DNA from: Eledone cirrhosa
Taxonomy: Eukaryota
Length of the DNA: 64,000 nt
Assembly (NCBI GenBank): GCA_964016885.1
Contig: OZ024763.1
Location: 6,882,001-6,946,000, forward strand
Direction: 5' to 3'
Shown: positions 54,637 to 64,000 of the stretch, one piece after another
How the letters are laid out: every line of letters starts with the position of its first letter
Position numbering within the stretch: position 1 is the stretch's first letter
Notes under the pieces: generated by a model
The model's database searches: none
What the model was told of the DNA's origin: nothing
Seen by the model: only the letters and a program-made list of their open reading frames with translations
Translations under genes and position numbers: made by a program

Positions 54637-55039
54637 CATAGAACCACAGGTGGTTTCAGTTTGGTATCATAGAACAGGCAATGGTTTCAGTTTGGTATCA
54701 TAGAACCAGAGATGGTTTCAGTTTGGTATCATAGAACCAGAGATGGTTTCAGTTTGGTATCATAGAACTAGAGATGGTTTTAGTTAGGTATCATAGAACC
54801 AGAGATGGTTTCAGTTTGGTATCATAGAACCAGAGATAGTTTCAGTTTGATATCATAGAACTAGAGATGGTTTTAGTTTGGTATCATAGAACCAGAGATG
54901 GTTTCAGTTTGGTATCATAGAACTAGAGATGGTTTTAGTTTGGTATCATAGAACCAGAGATGGTTCCAGTTTGGTATCATAGAACTAGAGATGGTTCCAG
55001 TTTGGTATCATAGAACTAGGCGTGGTATGTAAAGGGTTA
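54637..55039 (+). repeat. 31-bp minisatellite from the MITE right subterminus, about 12 units
   Basis: Unit TTTGGTATCATAGAACCAGAGATGGTTTCAG; ends GGTATGTAAAGGGTTA, like the MITE right TIR. Confidence 0.85.
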
Positions 55040-55569
55040 CTAGCACTAGATTTGTGTCATAGAAGCAGGGGTTGGTTGTGTCAGACAGATTGGTATGTAA
55101 AGTGTTAATGGTTGAATAAAAGACAGAGAAAGCAGCAGAGCATGTGACATACCTTAGAGGAGAGAAAAAGTTCTGTATTTATGGAATTTGAAAAAAAAAA
55201 AAAAAAAATGGGATTCTTTTTAAAATAGGAAAATAAAATATATAAAAAAGACATTTTAGCAATGTAGAATTTTGGAAGCCTGTGATGTTTCTCTGCTCTC
55301 AAGGGGGAAGTAGAAATATTTAGTTCAGTTTATTGATGTCCCAAAATAGAGAAAAGAGGGGTGGTGGAAGGGAGACGGAGGGAGGGGAGGGAAGAGAGAG
55401 GGGGAGGTTAGGGTAGACAGAGAGAGGGGTGAGGTGTAGTGGCAGGTAGAAAAGAAGAAAATATTCATAATTCCAAAGAAAATTATGAATAAAAACTTAT
55501 GTTTAGCTTTGTTGTTGTTGTTTTAAAGAATTACAATCCGTAGTCTCTCTCTCTCTTTCTCTTGTTTTT

Positions 55570-55610
<41 letters not shown>

Positions 55611-55636
55611 GTATAGTTCTTCAATTTCTCATTCTA

Positions 55637-55673
55637 TTTTCTGATGAAGGACTAGCATCTGAAATGTTAAAAC
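55637..55673 (+). ncRNA. Degenerate minimal hammerhead motif
   Basis: TTTT-CTGATGA-AGG-ACTAGCA-TCT-GAAA-TGT-TA/AAAC; core intact but all stems weak; the TGT loop looks like a decayed AACGTT palindrome. Confidence 0.4.
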
Positions 55674-55803
55674 ACTTTTCCTACTATATCAAGTGTAAAA
55701 CTAATATATTTCTTCATTGAACTGTCGTTTACTTTCTTATTTGTTAGTTCTGTTTACTTTGTGCACTCACACATATATATATATATACCTATATGTATAT
55801 ATA

Positions 55804-58165
55804 TCATCATCATCACTGTTTAATGTCCATTTTTCCACGCTAGCATGTGTTAGACAAGTTATCCTGTTTTGAGCAATGTTAGGTCAGGTGACCATGTCTT
55901 GCTCATACAGAATCAATTTTGGCTTGGTTTCTACAGCTGGATGTCCTTCCTAGCGACAACCTCATTTACAGTGTGGACTGGGTGCTTTTTGTCGTGACAC
56001 CTACATGACCACTTTACAGTGTGGGCTGGGTGCTTTTTGTCGTGACACCTACATGACCACTTTTCAGTGTGGACTGGGTGCTTTTTGTTGTGACACCTAC
56101 ATGACCACCTTACAGTGTGGACTGGGTGCTTTTTGTCGTGACACCTACATAAACACTTTACAGTGTGGACTGGGTGCTTTTTGTCGTGACACCTACACGA
56201 CCACTTTACAGTGTGGTCTGGGTGCTTTTTGTCGTGAGACCTACATGACCACTTTACAGTGTGGACTGGGTACTTTTTGTTGTGTCACCTGCACGACCAC
56301 TTTACAGTGTGGACTGGGTGCTTTTTGTTGTGACACCTACATGACCACTTTACAGTGTGGACTGGGTGCTTTTTGTTGTGACACCTACATGACCACTTTA
56401 CAGTGTGGACTGGGTACTTTTTGTTGTGACAGCTACATGACCACTTTACAGTGTGGACTGGGTACTTTTTGTTGTGACACCTACACGACCACTTTACAGT
56501 GTGGACTGGGTGCTTTTTGTTGTGACACCTACACGACCACTTTACAGTGTGGACTGGGTGCTTTTTGTTGTGACACCTACATGACCACTTTACAGTGTGG
56601 ACTGGGTGCTTTTTGTCATGACACCTACACGACCACTCTACAGTGTGGACTGGGTGCTTTTTGTCGTGACACCTACATGACCACTTTACAGTGTGGACTG
56701 GGTGCTTTTTGTCGTGACACCTACACGACCACTTTACAGTGTGGTCTGGGTGCTTTTTGTCGTGACACCTACATGACCACTCTACAGTGTGGACTGGGTG
56801 CTTTTTGTCGTGACACCTACATGACCAGTCTACAGTGTGGACTGGGTGCTTTTTGTCGTGACACCTACAAGACCACTTTACAGTGTGGTCTGGGTGCTTT
56901 TTGTCGTGACACCTACACGACCACTTTACAGTGTGGACTGGGTGCTTTTTGTCATGACACCTACATGACCACTTTACAGTGTGGACTGGGTGCTTTTTGT
57001 CGTGACACCTACATGACCACTTTACAGTGTGGACTGGGTGCTTTTTGTCATGACACCTACAAGACCACTTTACAGTGTGGTCTGGGTGCTTTTTGTTGTG
57101 ACACCTACATGACCACTTTACAGTGTGGACTGGGTACTTTTTGTCGTGACACCTACATGACCACTCTACAGTGTGGACTGGGTGCTTTTTGTCATGACAC
57201 CTACACGACCACTTTACAGTGTGGACTGGGTGCTTTTTGTTGTGACACCTACATGACCACTTTACAGTGTGGACTGGGTGCTTTTTGTCATGACACCTAC
57301 ATGACCACTTTACAGTGTGGACTGGGTGCTTTTTGTCATGACACCTACAAGACCACTTTACAGTGTGGTCTGGGTGCTTTTTGTTGTGACACCTACATGA
57401 CCACTTTACAGTGTGGTCTGGGTGCTTTTTGTTGTGACACCTACATGACCACTTTACAGTGTGGACTGGGTGCTTTTTGTCATGACACCTACAAGACCAC
57501 TTTACAGTGTGGTCTGGGTGCTTTTTGTCATGACACCTACATGACCACTTTACAGTGTGGACTGGGTGCTTTTTGTCATGACACCTACATGACCACTTTA
57601 CAGTGTGGACTGGGTGCTTTTTGTCATGACACCTACAAGACCACTTTACAGTGTGGTCTGGGTGCTTTTTGTCATGACACCTACATGACCACTTTACAGT
57701 GTGGTCTGGGTGCTTTTTGTTGTGACACCTACATGACCACTTTACAGTGTGGTCTGGGTGCTTTTTGTTGTGACACCTACATGACCACTTTACAGTGTGG
57801 TCTGGGTACTTCATTAGATGTATGCTTCAGCCTGTCCTTATGGGAGATGTACAGAAGAGTGGGGTGGGTGATGGTGGAGGTTGTACATACTATATGTATG
57901 CTTCAGCTTTGACCTGTGCCCATTTCAAGGTGGGCCTTCTCTATTACTGCATAACACCAGAGATATTGATCCTGTGTCATCCTCTTTGAGAGGTGCAATT
58001 GGGCAAGGTCAGCTTCTCGTCCCAAGTTTCCTGGGTCTCCCACTCCATGGCTTCCATCGACTTTGAGTGTTCTACGGATATTTATGGAGCTGCCATCCTT
58101 CATATGAACAAATACAGACAGTAGTCCCATCTCATCAGTCGACAGCTAGAGAGGTGTTTCATTGC
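55804..58165 (-). mobile_element. RTE LINE 3' end with about 38 copies of the 48-bp unit in its 3' UTR (55965-57810)
   Basis: (CAT)n tail at 55804, terminal UTR, array, then decayed ORF end ([23 protein letters not shown]) matching 59926-60210. Confidence 0.9.
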
Positions 58166-58217
58166 TTTATATATATATGTATATATATATATATGTATAT
58201 GTATATATATGTATATG

Positions 58218-58277
<60 letters not shown>

Positions 58278-58300
58278 CATATATATATACATATATATAC

Positions 58301-58331
<31 letters not shown>

Positions 58332-58478
58332 CATATTAGAAATTGGAATAAATGCTCTGAAATAGCGATATATATGTGAATATAGACATAGAATATTCGA
58401 AAATATTCTGTATGTTTATAATAAACATTTTGAAGACCTAATCGCTATAGAATAGAATACGTCACGTATTACAATTAG

Positions 58479-58567
58479 ATTCTCGACAAAAGCAAGGGAA
58501 GTAATCTACGCGTTTCATTCTTTTTAGAAATCATCAGGACCACATATCCAGTGCTTTTATCGAGAAT
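58479..58567 (-). ncRNA. Type I hammerhead ribozyme (inverted copy)
   Basis: Exact reverse complement of 58842-58930. Confidence 0.75.
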
Positions 58568-58841
58568 GACACAGCTAGATAGGAAACGCGTAGATTACTT
58601 CCCTTGCTTTTGTCGAGAATCTAATTGTAATACGTGACGTATTCTATTCTATAGCGATTAGGTCTTCAAAATGTTTATTATAAACATACAGAATATTTTC
58701 GAATATTCTATGTCTATATTCACATATATATCGCTATTTCAGAGCATTTATTCCAATTTCTAATTTCTGCCGGACCGGCAACCGCTCTTTCAAACCAGTT
58801 CCTGTACACAGCTAAGTATTCTATAAGTCTCTAGCTGTGTC

Positions 58842-58930
58842 ATTCTCGATAAAAGCACTGGATATGTGGTCCTGATGATTTCTAAAAAGAATGAAACGCG
58901 TAGATTACTTCCCTTGCTTTTGTCGAGAAT
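58842..58930 (+). ncRNA. Type I hammerhead ribozyme, copy 1 (predicted cleavage after 58902)
   Basis: Stem I distal ATTCTCGATAAAAGCA/TGCTTTTGTCGAGAAT and proximal GTGGTC/GATTAC; core CTGATGA 58872-58878; stem II TTCT-AAAA-AGAA closed by U.U; GAAA; palindromic ACGCGT stem III; GUA triplet. Confidence 0.8.
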
Positions 58931-59151
58931 CTAATTGTAATACGTGACGTATTCTATTCTATAGCGATTAGGTCTTCAAAATGTTTATTATAAACATACA
59001 GAATATTTTCGAATATTCTATGTCTATATTCACATATATATCGCTATTTCAGAGCATTTATTCCAATTTCTAATTTCTGCCGGACCGGCAACCGCTCTTT
59101 CAAACCAGTTCCTGTACACAGCTAAGTATTCTATAAGTCTCTAGCTGTGTC

Positions 59152-59240
59152 ATTCTCGATAAAAGCACTGGATATGTGGTCCTGATGATTTCTAAAAAGA
59201 ATGAAACGCGTAGATTACTTCCCTTGCTTTTGTCGAGAAT
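59152..59240 (+). ncRNA. Type I hammerhead ribozyme, copy 2 (predicted cleavage after 59212)
   Basis: Identical to copy 1, offset +310. Confidence 0.8.
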
Positions 59241-59461
59241 CTAATTGTAATACGTGACGTATTCTATTCTATAGCGATTAGGTCTTCAAAATGTTTATTA
59301 TAAACATACAGAATATTTTCGAATATTCTATGTCTATATTCACATATATATCGCTATTTCAGAGCATTTATTCCAATTTCTAATTTCTGCCGGACCGGCA
59401 ACCGCTCTTTCAAACCAGTTCCTGTACACAGCTAAGTATTCTATAAGTCTCTAGCTGTGTC

Positions 59462-59550
59462 ATTCTCGATAAAAGCACTGGATATGTGGTCCTGATGATT
59501 TCTAAAAAGAATGAAACGCGTAGATTACTTCCCTTGCTTTTGTCGAGAAT
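59462..59550 (+). ncRNA. Type I hammerhead ribozyme, copy 3 (predicted cleavage after 59522)
   Basis: Identical to copy 1, offset +620. Confidence 0.8.
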
Positions 59551-59667
59551 CTAATTGTAATACGTGACGTATTCTATTCTATAGCGATTAGGTCTTCAAA
59601 ATGTTTATTATAAACATACAGAATATTTTCGAATATTCTATGTCTATATTCACATATATACATATAT

Positions 59668-59698
<31 letters not shown>

Positions 59699-59707
59699 CA
59701 TACATAT

Positions 59708-60505
59708 GGCACCTAGTCCACACTGTAAAGTGGTCATGTAGGTGTCACGACAAAAAGCACCCAGTCCACACTGTAAAGTGGTCATGTAGGTGTCACGACA
59801 AAAAGCACCCAGTCCACACTGTAAAGTGGTCATGTAGGTGTCACGACAAAAAGCACCCAGACCACACTGTAAAGTGGTCATGTAGGTGTCACAGTAATAT
59901 ACGTGAACGACAAAGCATAAATGAATTGAGAGAGAGACTGAGCATAAGAGGAATCAAATGCTGTGTGCAGGCGAGGCGGTTGCGCTGGTATGGACATGTG
60001 ATGCGTATGAAGGATGACAGCTGCATAAAAAGGTGCAGAGCACTAGAAGTCGATGGAAACCGCGGAGTGGGGAGACCCAAGATGACTTGGGATGAGGTGA
60101 TAAAAGCCGACCTTACCCAACTACACCTCTCAAAGTCAATGACACACGACCGTGACTTCTGGCGTCACGCAGTAATACAGGGTACCCGACCTCCCATGGG
60201 TACATGCTGAAGCATATAAACAATATGCCCCCACACCCCCCACCGCAAGGTGGTCGTGGAGGTGCCACGGCAAAAAAGCACCCAGCCCACACTGTAAAGT
60301 GGACATGTAGGCGCCACGAAAAAGCACCCAGCACTCACTGTAAATGAGGTTGGTGTTAGGAAGGGCATCCAGCTGTAGAAATCAAGCCAGATCAGTTCCT
60401 GTATGAGCAAGGCATGGTCAGCCGACCAGACACTGCCCACAACAGGACAACCCGTCTAACCCATGCTAGCGTGGAAGAACGGACGTAAAACAGTGATGAT
60501 GATGA
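59708..60505 (+). mobile_element. RTE LINE 3' end (ORF C-terminus 59890-60210, UTR, (GAT)n tail) preceded by about 4 orphan 48-bp units
   Basis: LRERLSIRGIKCCVQARRLRWYGHVMRM...GRPKMTWDEVIKADL...DRDFWR. Confidence 0.9.
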
Positions 60506-60539
60506 TATATATATATATACATATATATATATACATATA

Positions 60540-60570
<31 letters not shown>

Positions 60571-60655
60571 GTGTGTGTGTGTATATATATATATATGTGT
60601 GTGTGTGTATATATATCTATGTGTGTGTGTGTATATATATATATATGTGTGTGTG

Positions 60656-60751
<96 letters not shown>

Positions 60752-60853
60752 AATATATATGTGTGTGTGTATATATATATATGTGTGTGTGTGTATATAT
60801 ATATATGTGTGTGTGTGTGTATATATATATGTGTGTGTGTATATATATATATA

Positions 60854-60899
<46 letters not shown>

Positions 60900-60907
60900 A
60901 ATATATA

Positions 60908-60988
<81 letters not shown>

Positions 60989-61254
60989 ATATATATATAT
61001 GTGTGTGTGTGTGTATATATATATATGTCAAGTAGGTTGACATATAGGTTATTATAGGAATCTATGTCTGTTCATGTTATTTGTTCTCTCACCATCACAC
61101 ATACCCCCCCCCCATACTTGGCTGCCCTCCTCTCTACCTTTATATATATTATATACATATATATATATATAAAATATAAAAAAAATAATGAATAAAACAA
61201 TGAAACAGTTCCTTATATTAAACAAAAAAAGTTCATTATTTAAAGATCGTTTCT

Positions 61255-61316
<62 letters not shown>

Positions 61317-61478
61317 TAGATAGATTCATGCACATATATTCATAACAGTTCATCTGTATATATATATATATCATATGTATATAATATATATATATATATC
61401 ATATGTATATAATATATATATATAATATGTATATATATATCATATGTATATATATATATATTATATGTATATAATGTG

Positions 61479-61509
<31 letters not shown>

Positions 61510-61611
61510 TATAATGTATATATATATATATATATTATATGTATATAATGTATATATATATATATATATATTATATGTATATATATATATATATATTATA
61601 TGTATATAATG

Positions 61612-61678
<67 letters not shown>

Positions 61679-61727
61679 TATGTATATAATATATATATAT
61701 ATATCATATATGTATATATATTATATG

Positions 61728-61761
<34 letters not shown>

Positions 61762-62237
61762 CATATGTATATATATATATATGTATATAATATATATATA
61801 TATACACACAGACACACACTACACACCACCCTCTTGTAATGAAGTCCCAGACATACAAGACATTTCTTGAGTGTAAATTGCTTTACCACACACACATACA
61901 CTCACATACACACACACACATACACGTAGACACACACATACTCAGACACACACACACACACACACACACAGGGACACATACTCAGAGACACACACACATA
62001 TTCAGACACATGCACACACAAATACATATACCCTCTTACACACACATATATACTCACACAGATACACTTACACATTCCTACAGACATGCACACACACACA
62101 CACACAGTTGACACTCCCATCTAGAGATACCTTGTTGTTGTTGTTGCTGCTCTGCTTCCCTTCCCTAATTTTGAATTCCTCCAGAGGAAGAAAAATAGGG
62201 CAGACCTTTATATATATATACATATATATATATATAC

Positions 62238-62347
<110 letters not shown>

Positions 62348-62685
62348 CAGATACTGACTTTACATTTCATGATCAAAGGTCCCCCCCTCAGTGTGTGTGT
62401 AATCGGCTGTGTGTGTAGTGTGTGTCTGTGTGTAGTGTATGTAGTGTGTGTGCGTGTGTAGTGTTTGTCTGGGTGTAGTGTGTGTCTGTGTGTAGTGTAT
62501 GTAGTGTGTGTCTGTGTGTGTAGTGTGTGTCTGGGTGTAGTGTGTGTCTGTGTGTAGTGTATGTAGTGTGTGTCTGTGTGTGTAGTGTGTGTCTGGGTGC
62601 ATGTGTCACACACAGACAGACAGACAGACAAACATTCTGATTTTCTTTCATTCATGACTTATAACTTCAGTATATACATATAATA

Positions 62686-62720
<35 letters not shown>

Positions 62721-62723
<3 letters not shown>

Positions 62724-63825
62724 TCAGTAAGCAGGGAAGGTGTAAGTAGAAATTCCATCCTCTGCCCCAAATGCAAACTATGGGTACACAAGAGATGTAG
62801 TGGGATCTCAGGAAGCCTAACTACTAGGAATGTAGGCTTCACATGTAGCAGCTGCACCGGGACAGTAAGCAGCAAAAGGCCACAGGAAACAAGCACTACC
62901 AAATTCTAGGAGGGCTCGGTAGAAACAGTAGACAGCTTCTGCTACCTGGGTGACCGAATTAGCAGCAGAGGTGGGTGTTCTGAAAGTACAGTAGCCAGAG
63001 TAAGAACAGCATGGAAGAAGTTCAGGGAGCTACTACCACTGCTAGCTGCAAAAGGCTTTTCCCTCAACATGAAAGGCAGACTGTATGATGCGTGCATACG
63101 AACAGCAATGTTGCCTGGTAGTGAGACCTGGGTGTTGTGTGTAGAAGACTTGCGTAGATTAGAAAGAAATGAAGCTTGCATGCTCCGATGGATGTGTAAT
63201 AGTAATATATGCGAACCGCAAAGCATAAAGGAATTGAGAGAGAGAGACTGAGCATAAGAGGAATCAAATGCTGTGTGCAGGAGAGGAGGTTGCGTTGGTA
63301 TGGACATGTGATGCGTATGAAGGATGACAGCTGCATAAAAAGGTGCAGAGCACTAACAGTCGATGTAAGCCGTGGACTGGAGGGACCCAGGAAGACCTTG
63401 GATGAGGTGATAAAAGCCGACCTTGCCCACTTACACCTCTCAATGGCGATGACATAGGGCCATGACCTCTGGCGTCACACAGTAATACAGAAGACCCGAC
63501 TTCCCACGGATACAAGCTGAAGCTGAAGCATATAGACAATATGCCCCCACCCCTTCCCACTGTAACTTGATTGTGTAGGTGTCAGGACAAAAATCACCCA
63601 GTCCACACTGTAAAGTGGATGTGTAGGTGCCACAGTAAAAAGCACCCAGCACTCACTGTAGATGAGGTTGACGCTAGGAAGGGCATCCAGCTGTAGAAAC
63701 CAAGCTAAAATCAGTTCTGTATGAGCAAGACAAGGTCACCTGACCTGGCATTGCCCACAACAGGACAACTCGTCCAACCCATGCTAGCATGGGAGAATGG
63801 ATGTAAAACAGTGATGATGATGATA
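62721..63825 (+). pseudogene. 5'-truncated RTE-clade LINE with a PHD-like finger, RT end, C-terminal domain, UTR and (GAT)n tail
   Basis: CSVS...NSILCPKCKLWVHKRCSG...FTCSSC, in-frame TAG, VDSFCYLGD...RVRTAWKKFREL...GSETW...MLRWM, frameshift in an (AG)n run, RRLRWYGHVMRM. Confidence 0.9.
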
Positions 63826-63885
63826 TTGATATATATATATATATAATGATATATATATATATATATATAAGTATTATATATATAT

Positions 63886-64000
63886 AAAGGAAATGAGTCA
63901 GGACCTTGACGGCTGAGGTTCGGACAGGATCTAGCTATCGGGATCCTGACTCTTTTTCTATGACCCACTCTACTACCTTAAGTATCGAGTACTCTGGTGC
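63886..64000 (-). mobile_element. Second member of the 41.4-kb fold-back element family (runs off the window)
   Basis: ACCCACTCTACTACCTTAAGTATCGAGTACTCTGGTGC is the diverged reverse complement of about 41426-41463; carries its own inverted repeat GAGTCAGGA...TCCTGACTC. Confidence 0.7.

Larger units (their letters stand above)
58335..59660. mobile_element. Hammerhead-bearing 310-bp tandem repeat (retrozyme / Penelope pseudo-LTR-like): inverted partial unit 58335-58579 plus about 3.5 direct units 58583-59660
   Basis: GATATGTGGTCCTGATGA recurs at 58861, 59171 and 59481 (period 310); units identical by eye; no meaningful ORF; flanked on both sides by TA-rich microsatellite. Confidence 0.85.

Noticed and set aside
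12271-57810. CRISPR-like appearance of the regular arrays
   Set aside because: Units are head-to-tail with no unique spacers, there are no cas genes, and the context is eukaryotic.
56005-57912. 635-aa Cys-rich ORF and the 509-aa antisense ORF
   Set aside because: Both lie within the 48-bp array in an RTE 3' UTR; open only because 48 is a multiple of 3.

Overview
AT-rich, repeat-saturated eukaryotic (animal) DNA. The SINE/LINE complement and microsatellite density suggest an octopod cephalopod (inference). Nearly all long ORFs in the track are artefacts of micro- and minisatellites. Recognisable content: many copies of a tRNA-derived SINE; a second SINE carrying an RTE tail; decayed LINE fragments (RTE, CR1, Tx1/L1, R4/Dong); TTAA-ended piggyBac-type MITEs; a complete non-autonomous Helitron; several minisatellites grown out of TE sequence; and one plausible first coding exon (22351-22437). 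The standout is a young, non-coding 310-bp tandem repeat (58335-59660; about 3.5 direct units plus one inverted partial unit). Each unit carries a type I hammerhead ribozyme fold with a palindromic mini stem III and a long bulged stem I, within a hairpin-rich unit. This is a retrozyme/Penelope pseudo-LTR-like architecture predicted to release 310-nt RNAs that may circularise. Three other sequence-unrelated hammerhead motifs and one fold-back hammerhead remnant family also occur, mostly beside (TA)n tracts. Coordinates were read by eye and edges of decayed elements are approximate.
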